DNA of 56,040 bases, the filler included, from Dimargaris cristalligena (lineage: Eukaryota): assembly GCA_003614675.1 (NCBI GenBank). It is 2 parts of 2 records of this genome, joined end to end, with 100 filler letters (N's around TTAATTAATTAA, not from the genome) between each part and the next. Parts side by side here need not be neighbours in the genome. Positions count along the whole stretch, not along the records: positions 1 to 28,023 come from ML002506.1; 1 more part is not named here. One strand, given 5' to 3'. The notes below the pieces were generated by a model that was not told the DNA's origin, did no database searches, and was given only the letters and a program-made list of their open reading frames with translations. The position numbers and the translations under genes were made by a program. This document shows positions 10,835-23,046 of the stretch, in pieces. The first letter of the stretch is position 1. Every line of letters starts with the position of its first letter.

Positions 10835-13800
10835 ACCTAACGGCTGAGTGCTAATTAAACTCCAATCCCCCCCCCTCATTTAGTACCCAAGGACTTAGTT
10901 GGCAGTCTGAGTGACACTGACGGACTAATAGACAGCAATACGACGACTACTATTACCTTTGACCCATTATGGACCACCATCAGAAATCGGAACTCTTCAA
11001 GCCACTACCCACCCATTCGACCGCAGGTTTGCCTAACTCCGGTGTCCCTTCTATTTAGTTTGATTGTAGGATAGTTGGAGAAGACATGGCCGAGCAGGCA
11101 GCCATATCCAATTTTTTTTTTGTCTTTACACTCAATTGGCTCAGCGTCCTAGCCGGCCTGACTAAACAGCAGTGCGGAAAAAACAATGAACTGGTATGAA
11201 ACAAGTCGACTAACAAACGGTAGTATTGCTTTACTCGGGTACCTATCGATGTGCAGACTAGTGCATCGGGTGATGGGTGGTTCGCCCGGTGTACTCAAGG
11301 ACACAGTGGTATAACTTACGGCAGCCCTCTCTCTCCCTGGCTAGCCACCGAAGCGAGATATGCGTAGGGCTGGTATTAAGAGTGGCCAATATGAGATCAG
11401 GAGCTAGATTATGGAGTGATTTCCTCCTATATAGGCTTCCCAGGAGTTGCTTTTCGAAAGGGATCTACTGACGAGGGATTACCCTTTGCTAAGATACAGG
11501 GACAATGAAGTAATAATAAAAATGCGGAGGGGATTAGAGGGATCGCTGAGCAGTAAACTTGGTAGGCTATTTGGAAGGATGCACGGGAGCGCCAGTCGAC
11601 TGGACCAGAAAAGCCTGGTGGGTAAAGTCACAGCTTTTACCTCACTACCTTTACGACATGACTATACTCATTGCTATTGTTGCTATGGAGTATAGCTTAT
11701 ATACCCTAATATCTATACGGATTTAAATGGCCTGCGGTTCTACCAGCGAATAACCCTTCGTATAGCTGGCTTATAGGTTTGCTTTGGAAGTATATCCACT
11801 AGATGGCACAAAGAGGGAGGGAGGAGACCTGGTCGACTGGCGCCACTAGGGATTGCCTACTAATTGGGCTATATCGAGGGGAGTAGCCAATGTAGGGGTT
11901 TGGCTACAAGGGGTGTAACTGTAAATGGAGCTTGCCCATAACCCTCAATAGGTATAATGCTATTCATGAAGAAACATTGTGTAACGTGTAAGTCTAGACG
12001 GTAGTGAATAATGGTGCGGGTCGCGTAACGCGTAGATGGGGAGGGGGGAGAGGAGTTGGGGTAGTCAGTAGGTTGGAGGGACCTAGTCCACCGATAGTGG
12101 CCGTGGGTTGGAAAGTGGAATGCAGCCCAAGGTTAGAACAGCACACACACTCCAGCTACATGGGCACACATAGTGGTATATAGCCATAGAATGAGCTTGA
12201 ACCGGTTCCCCCGCCGACCCTGGCGGCACCCCATGACTAATCCAATCAATATATATATATAGTCATATAGAAAACACGGGTGATATTGGATTCTACTATA
12301 GAGACGTATTAATATACAATTAGGACGGACGGAGTCTGCCCATACTATACAATCGTATCCATAAGGAAAGACGATAATAATAATAACAGATGCGCAGTAT
12401 GGTGGGATTCCCATCGGGGATGATGCGGACGGATTGGGCATGAAAGCCGAAGCGACTGATGGTCCACAACCACCAGCCAATACCTCTTCTCGCTATTGCC
12501 ATTACCAACCACCAAGGCCTTTTAGGGTCAACGCGTCAGAGAACAGGCTATAGTCTCCGCCTTCTATGTCCAACCCCTTGGATATATTGGGATCTAGCAG
12601 CAACCATATTAAGGAGAAACGCAAATATTAATATTAATAAAACAATAGTAGTTGTAATAGTAATAATGATAGTATAGCAACAATAGGGCGCCAGTCCTTC
12701 ACGCTCTTCTCATTGCCGCCCTTCTCGTATCCCCCTCCCCTCGGTTCAATATCCCTTCTAGATGGAACTGTGAGCCATCTTACTTAAATGGGTAGAAAGG
12801 CACAGGACAAGAGGCCGTTGTTCAGTACGCATCGCATTCCCTGCCTCTATATTCGGAAGTGCGCTGGGGTTGCACAAAGACTAGCAGCTCAGCAAGTGCG
12901 CATCGTCTATCTCCACCTCCCTTATACCCTGGCTGGGGTTGTAGACCACACCGCCATAGCCGCCTTTGTTGGCCACAATTGCCTAATGACCTCTCCAACC
13001 CCCTCCCTTTCCTATCTATACCGACTGCCGCATGCCAAAAATAAGCCAATACTATCAATAATCAATAAGGCCCAAGGAATACTACACCATACCCTCCCGT
13101 ATAGACTTGGCCGGCACCCTGCAGGAGAGGGACTCGCCAACTCATTTCAGATTGAGTAGGACTCTCATGGAGTAGGTAGGGAGTTGAAAGGAGACTTTGG
13201 TGGTGATGAAAAGGGGATTGGAAGAAGCGGCAATCCAAAGGCCGTGCTGGTGTAGCTGGGGAGGGAGCCAGAGACACAGTGTCAGGGAGTGAAGAGCTGG
13301 ACAGAGGTAATGGTTAGGGAGAGGTATAATCATAATCAGTCCACCAGCAGCGACAGACTGCGTGCGGTGGGCATGGAATAGGCAGTGGTGCAGTTAAGAG
13401 GGCCATGGGGTGTAGTAGTGTGAATTAAGAAACGATGGGAATGCAGTTCAGTAGTCGTGGGCAACCCCTCTTCCCAGTGTCAGATTCCAAAGAGCTGCTC
13501 TATTGAGCCGTGTCGTCAAGCGGTAGGAATGCTAATAATGCCGCAAAGGCAACGCAGAGGGAAGGGCAGCACTATCCGCCCTGTTTATCCCAGGCCAGCT
13601 TGGATACTTGGATGAAGGCGGTCAATATATTATTAGAAACCCTTTCCAGGGAGGTTGGGCGGCTTTTAGGAATACCAAGGCAGTGTGGTTATTATTAATT
13701 GCCACCCCATCAATCCCAAGGCCAAGGTCTAATCATTGTACCCTTTTGTCCAACCCCCCTTCCATTGGCTTGGATATATGGATAGGAGGAAATGGGGGTC

Positions 13801-14238
13801 AGCTGGGTCGTCCTTCTGGCTTGGTTGTTGGCCAAAGTCATACCACCCAATGGCCTTGTAAGCAGGCCATTCACCGCGCATAGGGAAACAAGGGAACGGC
13901 CACTGAAATTGGACAGACAGACAGATACACACACACATAAATCACATCTACTTACTTACTAAGGGGGGGAGGGTCAGGGGAAATCCGGCCAGCCTTGGTG
14001 GCGGCAGCTCGTGGAAGAAGATATACACCACCACTACGCTAGATAGAATAGCAATATAGTGCCGGTGGTGTACATTTGATTATAATGGGAGGTTGGGAAA
14101 AGGGAAGGATGCTTATACATCGAACGAAGGGACGGGGTGATTGACCAGCAGTGTCCCTGGTTCCACACTGTGCTATGTCTCCTAGCTATGACCCGCGTGC
14201 GGATACGCGTCCGTAGCCCAAGCATGGTCTGGTTGTCC

Positions 14239-14245
14239 TATATAA
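14239..14245 (+). promoter_or_regulatory. TATA box of the small HMG/YABBY-like gene
   Basis: TATATAA about 135 nt upstream of the ATG at 14377, followed by a C/T-rich leader ending in CACCATG. Confidence 0.5.
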
Positions 14246-14376
14246 TCCGACTAGGTCTCGCTCTTCTTATACTTTCCCTTAGCTTCCTAGTTATCTCTTA
14301 TTTGCCCTCCCCCTCCATTCCTGGTGCTTCCCCTCCCACACTCCCCAACACCCCCCCCCCACCACCGCACCGCACC

Positions 14377-14562
14377 ATGCCCAAGGAGAAGACCGCCAAG
14401 AAGACCTCCGGCGCCGCCCCCCGTAAGATGTCGCCCTACAACCTGTACATGAAGCGTGAGCTGCCCAAGTACAAGGCCGCCAACCCTGACGTCGCCCACA
14501 AGGAGGCCTTCAAGGCCGTTGCGGGTATGTGGAAGAACTCCCCCGACAACCCGAAGAAATAA
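14377..14562 (+). CDS. Small basic YABBY/HMG-box-like DNA-binding protein (61 aa)
   Basis: MPKEKTAKKTSGAAPRKMSPYNLYMKRELPKYKAANPDVAHKEAFKAVAGMWKNSPDNPKK matches the YABBY/HMG pattern S.YN.fMK.El...K...P...HKEAF...A..W. Good CACC-ATG context and almost all codons end in C/G. The ORF-track start at 14137 is spurious. Confidence 0.85.
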   Translation: MPKEKTAKKTSGAAPRKMSPYNLYMKRELPKYKAANPDVAHKEAFKAVAGMWKNSPDNPKK

Positions 14563-15208
14563 CCTCCTTCTTCTCTCCATGTAATGCCCCTCCCCCACCT
14601 GTACATATTCCCCCGCCTCTATTATGTCTGGCCGAACCCTTCCCTCCATAGTCTAGCCGGCCTCCTCTTTGATTACCCTCGTTTTTATGACCCTCCTCAG
14701 ATAATACCCCAGACTTCTCTACTATTATTCATATCTTCCACCACCACCTTTTAATGTTCATTTTTCCAACCATTTCTTTTCGGCGTTTCGCTCCATTTTT
14801 GGGGGCGCACGTGCGTGCATCTCTCACTGGTGTGTGTGTGTGTGGTTTTGTATTATCGAGGGTCCATCATTTCAATGAGACAAATCAAAAGGGATTGTCC
14901 AGGTGAATACTATAAGCCGTCCGCTCGCGCGCCCGTAATATTTCGTTCCGTGTCCGTCATCCCGTATATCTCTGGTTCGATCGGTAACCTATGTATAACT
15001 AATTAATCTCATGCGTTTCCCCTTATGATCCGGACGGGGTTTCCGGCTGACGCGCTTCCCCCCCCCTCTCTCTCTCTATACTCTTCCATCTTTCATGCTT
15101 CCCTCCGACTGCTATGCTTCTAATTAGTGCTCGAACTTCATTCTAATAAACCTTTCTAAAAATATATATTTTCTTATTTTTTATAAGTGTGGACCATACA
15201 TGGTGTGG

Positions 15209-16067
15209 TTATTCGCGACGGACAAGTAGTTCTTCATGGAGTATCCCGGCTAAAGCGGTCTGGTCTGGCGCTTCAAGTGGCACTAGGAAATTGTACCGCT
15301 GGTCACGTAGGGTGCTTTGGAGGTTGCTAAACAAGAGTGAGAGGCAAAGTGGTGTGTGGGAGTTGGAATAACAATGGTGCCCAAATAAACATGGGTTAGC
15401 GGTTAGACGGGAACTTTATACCCCCCTTCCTACATCCATTCTCCTTTCAACATCCCAGGCTATCTATGTATATCCTAATCACATTACAGCCCAAATGGCG
15501 TCTTACCTGCAGGTGGCCTTTATTAGGACGTGGTCATCGGCTAGGGCGGTGGCTAACTCGTCTTGGTGGTTGTCCATAAGGTCCTCGTTCACTACCGCTA
15601 TGAGAGGGCGGCCTAACGTCAAACACTCTAGAATAGTCCCCGAACCTAAATAACAACACGCATACCACCACCGGCAGTTGTTAGTTCACCATATAGGTTA
15701 GAAGCTAAGTGGCCCAACCTTTGTAATATATAAATTCTAAGCCGTTAGATATGCTGTACGTTCTCCTCCCTGGTTATAAGTAATGAATAAATCCTCAGTC
15801 TACTTTACCTGCGTGACTAATGACCAAGCTAGCGGCCTCCATGTCCGATGTTACTTCCCGCTTGTAGGCATAGCCCGTCACCGTTATGCCTTGACTCCCT
15901 TGGAAAGCATCGAACGCCGCCCGTGACGCTCCGTATTGGACAACCAACTCACTATAGCCCAGTCGGACACACTCGTGAAGGAAGGCCGGGCTAAGCACTT
16001 GCGCAATGAGCTCGTCAAACCCGGTGCTTCCGACAGTTACAAAGATGCGGGCAGACCGGGATCCCAT
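15209..16067 (-). CDS. ALG13: UDP-GlcNAc transferase catalytic subunit ALG13 (3 exons, about 171 aa)
   Basis: Exons 15809-16067, 15507-15645 and 15209-15326. Motifs [47 protein letters not shown]. Confidence 0.95.
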
Positions 16068-16529
16068 GCCACGATTGTTTTCAAGGGCGCGCTGTCCTGT
16101 GCAAATGGGGGTCGGGTTGTATCGGCTAAGCGAGTTTAGCTGGAACAAGTGTCAAGGCGGCACAATGCTCCTGGGGGTATAAAGTAAAATACAGGCGGAG
16201 AGAAACGAATGGGAAACGTTCGTGAAGAGAAAGTCCAGAACTAAATGTTCACGAGCCCCATGGGATTCGGACTGGTCCTTCGCTTGGCTCCTACTTTCCC
16301 CAGCCCCGGGCCAATGGTAAGTCCCTCTTAAAAACAGTAGGCATGTGCACATGAGGGGGGTAAGCGTGTCAGGTAAAAGGCGGGTTTTATTTCAGATATA
16401 TCAATGCCAATCCGGTTAGTAGGTATCCTATAGTGAGACGGTGCTGGGCCTTGTTCAGCCCCCAAAAGCATCTTCCACTGATAAGCGGACTGCACCACCT
16501 GCTACCAGTGGTTACATAGCACTGGGCGG

Positions 16530-19004
16530 TCACGCCTCTTGCACTTCAAACAGGTCGGTAAACGAGGGTTGGATAAAGTCCAAAACCCGTTCCGTGACTG
16601 TCGCTCTCCCATATCGCTGGAAGGCCAATTTCGAAGCCCGTCGAGTCACGCTGCAGCCGGCATAGGCCGCCAAAAGCGAGATTTGTTGAGCCTCTAAAGC
16701 TCCTTCGTGGCTACATAATAACGGTCATTACGTGGGTCGGAAGGCAGCTGTGTATCATTAGTATTGCGCCGACTATATGGTGCTGCCGGGAAATTCGATC
16801 ACCTAACAACCATTAACACAATATTAAATGACCGGGCCTTCATTTGGAAACACATTAATACCTACCTCCATATCTTGCGTCGGTAGCCGACGCCCCAGGC
16901 CATAAATGCACCTAATACACCCGATAAAATGTCTCCCTGGCCTCCACAGCGCTTCAATCCGCCCGCCTCCTCGCAAACGAGCACTTGATGAGGTGGAATA
17001 GAATTGACAATACGTAAAGGGAGCAGTATAACATTTTAGTTTGAACTGGTAGGATTGGTTGAAACAGCTCCTCCGCCATTAAAATTGGCATTGCCCTTTG
17101 CCGCAACCAAATCATTCCCCTCACTGCTTACCTTCTTCGCCGTTAGTAATTACGTCTTGGGCGCCTTTTTGAATAATGGTGACGCCTCCAAGGGCCTGGC
17201 TGAGTTGGCGAGCCAGTTGGTGGTTTGCCCCATCGTCCATTTTCACGCCCTACATATCAGTAACGCAAGGCATCGCAACATCATGCCCAGCAGATAAACT
17301 ATTAGTATTTCTAGAGTGTATACCGTACTATGTGCATGGTAGGAAATCAATGAATAAGCCGACTCTCGCTGTAATTATCGAACCCTCATCTTCCGTATTT
17401 GATCGGCCTCTACTTCAGCTTACCGTAGCATCGCACAGGCGACGGAACTCGTTGACATTTGGGGTCAGAATGGCATTCTGGTAACCGGCTATCAGAGCGG
17501 GGTTCTTTTGGATCAGCAATAGCCCGTCCTATATTGGTCGTAATTGGCCGTTTATAGCCAGTTAAACACGGCTGGTCATAGGTTAGCCCGAAAGGATATC
17601 ATATCGGGTCTCCCGTATTTTCTTTTAACTCGTCATTTATAGCTTGTTGTATCTTTGGTTACACCGCTCTCTGATCATCGAAGGTCCCAGTTGAACTAAA
17701 ATAGCGCACAAGCAGACGAGAACGTGTGGGTTATTTAGAATGGACTTACCGCATCAATAACTATGGGCATATCACGCTCCTTGGCCTTTTCGATGATCAT
17801 ACCCGAGCACTTGAGCAGTAGGGGGTCTCGGGACAGGCCTGGGCCCACCACCAATGCATGTATACGGGGCAGCAGTTCGGCCACCCTTTCGACTATTTCG
17901 TTGGCCAAAGTATCGCCCGATTTGGCACTTGATCTAAATGGGTGAACAGGGCCCAAATAGGTTAAAAGAAGGACAGGATTAAACAGGGTGCCGAGAACTA
18001 AAATTAAAATGGTCTTTCACTGACTAAAATATGCTCCGACTGCATCAATTTTCAAACAGGTAAGTGCCCGAATTTGATTGATTTGAGTGGCGCATCTGTT
18101 CAGATATCAATTTCCCATCAATTGTATACTTACCCTGAAAGTCTTAAATACGGGTGGACCATTAGGTCGGGGGAATAGCTCTGGAGTGACACATGTAATA
18201 TACAATACACATTACATCTTGGTACATGTTTTTTTTTAGGTGCGTTACTCCAATCATTTAGGCTTAGGTTGGTATTGGCCACAGATTTGGTATTCGGTCG
18301 AATGTGAAATATAAAGTACCCTTTTACTAAGCGTATGTTTACCTTGATTGGCCCACCGGCATTTTGCTCACAGATGACATGGCACAAATCGGCTCCCTAG
18401 TCGATTACAACGTTAAGATTGGATATAGACCCAGTGCGATAAGTTTCTCAGGAGCGATGATTTAAACCGTATTTACAGGAGCCGAGTTAGAAGTCCGGAC
18501 TATGAAAAGTGGAAAACATACCGTGTAAAGTGTGGATATAGCGCTGAAATAGGGCGCCCCTGTATAACTGTGGACGTTATTCGGGTGGTAGAGCAGGGTT
18601 GTAATATATAAGTGATCATGTATTTCGGTCGACCAAACTCGACCGCTGAGCGACCGTGGGCCACAATAGTTAGCTATATAAGCATCTCATATTAAATGTG
18701 GCTTACTCTTCCGATCCACCTACTACCGCCACCCGTCCTAAGTAGTTAATAAGGGACATTGGAGATACACCAAGGTATAGTATAGGTCATGGTTAAAGTG
18801 ATATCTAGCTTCTTCCTATTCACCGGGCTGCGGGGCCCCTCGGGAGTAGGTGTAGGAAGGGGGTGGGTTATTTAGACAAGCTAACAAGCTGCACCACTTA
18901 CCTGCCTGGCCCTTGTGTAACTTAGGCGACAGGGGTGGAATGAGGTTTTTGGCGGCGAGGAGGGGCTGGTTGACCAACATAGTGCGAAATCGGGCAATGC
19001 TCAT
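16530..19004 (-). CDS. NNR2: ATP-dependent (S)-NAD(P)H-hydrate dehydratase (NAXD/CARKD/NNR2; 10 exons, about 328 aa)
   Basis: Exons 18902-19004, 18707-18737, 18522-18567, 18343-18396, 18134-18180, 17750-17933, 17424-17528, 17132-17249, 16866-16983 and 16530-16710 join in phase. Motifs [73 protein letters not shown]. Start codon uncertain (19136, 19004 or 18980). Confidence 0.95.
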
Positions 19005-19658
19005 GCGGCTTGGACTAAAGTAGGCGGGTTGCCGGGAGAGTATGGTCGAGTGGAAAATTGCTTCAAACGGAATAACTTCAATGTCGAGCGGGACAAAACG
19101 TAGGATGCGGGGAGAAGGTGTGTCGATGGGCTTCATTGGAATGAGTCAGGAAATCTGTCCCAAAGACTCAGACACTCACTGTTTCACTTGAGCGGCTTTC
19201 CCCAGTCGGAGAATGATGTAATCCTCTCCTGACCCCCATGGTAGGGTACGTGGTAAGCACTCCCAGTAGCTTAGGCGTAGGGAGGGCCCTTTGCCAATTC
19301 CATAGTTAGTAAATCGGAGGGCTTCACTAGGCTCAATATAAGAAAGGCGCTGGACACAATATGATCAAAGTATTCGCAAAAAAACCCATAATTCCCAAAT
19401 CCACTGTAAACGCCCGTATAGTCGATCCATTATTGTACTATTTATTTAAATATAAAAATCAGCACTGCCTTATTCTGAGTAATTCTAAACAGTGTGGCGG
19501 GTGAAATACCAACAAAGGCGTATTAATATTGAAATTACAATACATGAGAGGTGTGTGGGGTAAACAGCTCCATTAAGTTCGAAAGCCAAGATAGCAAAAA
19601 GTAAACGGACATTATTAGGAATAACATTCATGCTTGCATCCCTTTTTTAGGAGTAAGG

Positions 19659-22600
19659 TTAATGCAGTTCAGGCCGCGTATCCAGTTCTTTGTGACCGAA
19701 AAGGTGGAAGACTCCCCGCCATTTGCTATACTTTAGCGTTAGCGGGGGCAGAGGGGGCTCGGGCACTTCGTCGGACGTATACCCTAATTTTTCCTGAAGG
19801 TTGCTGGCAACGGACCGCAGGGTGAATTTCCCAGGTCTGTCGTGGTTTACGGTTTGGTCAGACAAGGATGCCTTCCGGCCTACCTTGGGGGTATTCCGGC
19901 GCCCTTTAGAAAATCCCCAGGATAGTTGTGACGTCCCGGTGGATATACTCCGGGCCCTGGATTGTTTATACGGCAGGGAAACCATTAATTCCAACCCATG
20001 TCAAAAATCCATAAATACCAAATATCGTGCTTTAGTAATTGGAATATGGTATAGGCAATATCCGGGTTGTGAAAGAGCCACCCGAGGAGTAGTAGAATAT
20101 GTGCCCAAAGGAGATAGTGGGTTTAATACTTACGGAGAATCAGACGAGACCGGCAAACCCAGTCGTTTGGACTGCTCTTCGAGCTCCCGTTCACGAGTCA
20201 TGGTTAGGAATTTATGGTCTGAAGCTGACATACCGTTTGTTGGTACCCGCGTGGCAGTAAATGACTGGTTACATAATCAATCCATCAAATGTACAATACA
20301 GGCAATCAGTAACTAAGTAAGTGGCTGGGTTCGAACAATGGCCACCCCCTTTCAAAGTCGCACCTTCCCCACTATAAGTTCGTATACCAAATGTTGGGAT
20401 GGAACGGCGATATCAATTGCATTTCCAACAAAGCATCCCCCACATATGTTCCCTAAACAGTTGAGGAAATCGGAGATCATTTATAAGTCATATTACTTAC
20501 ACTGTTGTCAGAATTAGTGACCGAGTTCCCACTGCTCGGGGCATACCCGCTGTCGTGGGATATCTGACTGGCGTGTTCGTCATAAACGCCTGCACAGGTC
20601 GCCTGCTCACTATTGGCGGCGCGATCATCCCAGTCCACCAGCTTTTGGGCAAACATGAGCATGTAGTCGCGGTAGTGGAGTGGTCGGAGCATGTGGGTGA
20701 GCCACGCCACATCCACATCATACTGACTGGCGGCCTTCTCGCCCTGTTCGTTCATGGTCACCAGATAGGCATGGTACTGGTTGACATGGCTGGTGGCCAT
20801 GGTGAAAATAGACCAAAGCGATTTAATTGAAAGAGATACAGTAAATTGCGTTAGAGTAGATTCGCCATTGAAATAATCGCGAGATTACTCGTTTGGCCAT
20901 TCTTAAGTGTCCCTAGGACGATTGAGATCGAATGGTAGGTGCAAAGTAAGTTCGGCCATACAATAAAGAGGTAAAATGCATTCAAGAGTAACTCACCTTT
21001 TAGTTAATTCGGAATTGGCCCAGAAGTTGGGTAGAATCCGACGGATGACCTGAAAATTGGTGAGGGCCAACTGCCACAGGTTAACTGAAAATGGGCCTGC
21101 CATGTCTTTGTAGCAGCTTTCAATTTGGGCAATACCCAGGTCAAACACTTGGTCATAGCGGTGGCGAACATCCAGTAGATTCTGGGCCGCTGTGAAGTCG
21201 CGCGTGATGTGAATCCATTCACAGACCGCCCAGGTGTCGGGAGGGACTGTTTCTAATTCCTGGAACAGGGCATCCATTCTCTCGAGCTTTTCCTCGGCCT
21301 TCTCAAAGTCCCAGTCGCCGGTCTTGGGGTCCAGAGTGACTCCCCGGACGCTAGGTAGGATGTTGTAGAAAAGTACATGTAAGTAATATACCCATAATAC
21401 ATATCACTATTTAAGTACAGGGATTCGGTATAGTGAGGTGACTGCTCCACCGGACGTACATATGCCATTTGAAAGGGGAAAGTAAAAATGGGTAGACGAT
21501 AACATGAAAAAATGCTACGAGTAAACCATTGTAGGTATATGTACTTACGCGGAGTTATTTGACCGGTCGCCACGCCAGGAAGCTAAATCATCCCAAAAGA
21601 TTTTTGAGCTAATCATATCGCTGTGGAGGAAACGGGAATGTGGTAGCCAGGGAGAAAGAGGGGGGGTTAAATAAAAGCCCATATATTCCAAAATAAATAG
21701 CTATAATCAGGGACAGCTGGTGTTATCCACATCCCCAAAAGAAACCCTTAGTCCACCCTAGAGGCGTAGCTACAGACGGGCGGTATATTTCTACTTCAAC
21801 GATGATGTATAAAAAGTTTACTGACGAGCGACTTACAGAGAGAATCGGCACTGGCAGTCGGGACAGTTGACCACGTTCCGGGGTTTTGGCGATATGCGGA
21901 GGTCGACGTAGGCCTGCCTGAAACATTTCAATCGTCAGAACATAATGGGTTTGATTGTATGAGTTCGCCGAATTCATGGACCTGGTTTACCTAATACTTA
22001 ATCGACATTTGACAGCACGTTATTTTCGACCCTGGATCCAGTGTTTTGGTATAGAAAGTCTTTGGAAACCAGAGGAACGAAAAATTCTACTTACCATTTT
22101 ATATCATAAGTTGAATTACACCATGCGCAGTTTACAGTATAGGAGCTTTTGTCGTTCATGTCAAGTTCGTAGGGCAGTTTGGTAAATAAAGTCCAGCTTT
22201 TTACGTCGACGGCCTCAAATACCTTTTTCCGCATATAAATGGTGTTCTGTTGGATGTGGCGAATGGAGTAGGGGAAGTGAATTGAGTAAACTAACAGAGT
22301 TAGCGATAATGGCAACAGTCCTCGATTGTTTTTCAGAGGTGATCTGCCCACAGTTGACCGCTAGCACTCACATTTCAGCGCTAGTGGGTTCGATCTAGCA
22401 TTTTAGGGTACATGAGGTTATATGTTACATTGTCCGTATGACTGTGGATCGTACTTACGATGCGTTTCAACGGAAGACTATACCTGAGCAAGGAAAAGTC
22501 ATTGGTTAGGCGATAGATATCCTCCTGATAACGCCTTGGTTGCAACATGTGAGTATGCCACATTAATATAACGTCTAAAGAGTAAAACAAAACCCCGTTT

Positions 22601-23046
22601 TAGAGGAGGATGTGTGTATAGGTTGTAGACGTATAAGTAATGGCCAAAAGTAGGTCGGGTACCATCCTCGAGGTAATCTATCCATATAAATCCATAACAA
22701 TGGGGGCTAAATATGTATTCAAGGTATTATGTGCACAAGGCCAACCGTCTCCATTCAGTGAGAAATGAGGGCATTGGCCCTTCACCATTTGGTGATCTGA
22801 GTAAATGATTGACCCTTTCTACTTACCAATGGGGGGAATCAGTATGTTTTGGGGGTTCGGCTTGATTTCCTTTAGCATATTCCACCAGGCCATGTAGCGC
22901 TGCTCAGCCCGGAGAAGATAGTGGTATGTGCGGTCGGTTGGCGAGCCCAGGCCCAGTTCTGAAAACCACCGAAGTATAGAAATGTGGTAGACGATATCGA
23001 GGAACTCGACTGGCCTACTGGCAATACCAGGTGCCGTAAAACTCAT
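19659..23046 (-). CDS. GRDP/DUF1399-like protein with two PxxDV..xW.THMLxP repeats and a CxxC...CxxC motif (9 exons, about 570 aa)
   Basis: Exons 22827-23046, 22459-22574, 22095-22246, 21837-21917, 21549-21620, 20997-21350, 20501-20789, 20134-20264 and 19659-19956 all join in phase. Motifs RAEQRY..W, PPIDVILMWHTHMLQPRRYQED, CAWC...CPDC, DVDVAWLTHMLRPLHY..VDWDD. Confidence 0.75.

Noticed and set aside
11796..11809. CTCF-like motif CCACTAGATGGCAC
   Set aside because: Fungi lack CTCF; single chance match.
11277..13938. Many 60-120 aa ORFs between the GFA and HMG-like genes
   Set aside because: No recognisable motifs, codon bias or consistent splice structure.
21723..21977. ORF-track 84-aa ORF as a GRDP exon
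   Set aside because: Its frame does not fit the downstream splice phase; the supported exon is 21837-21917 in another frame.
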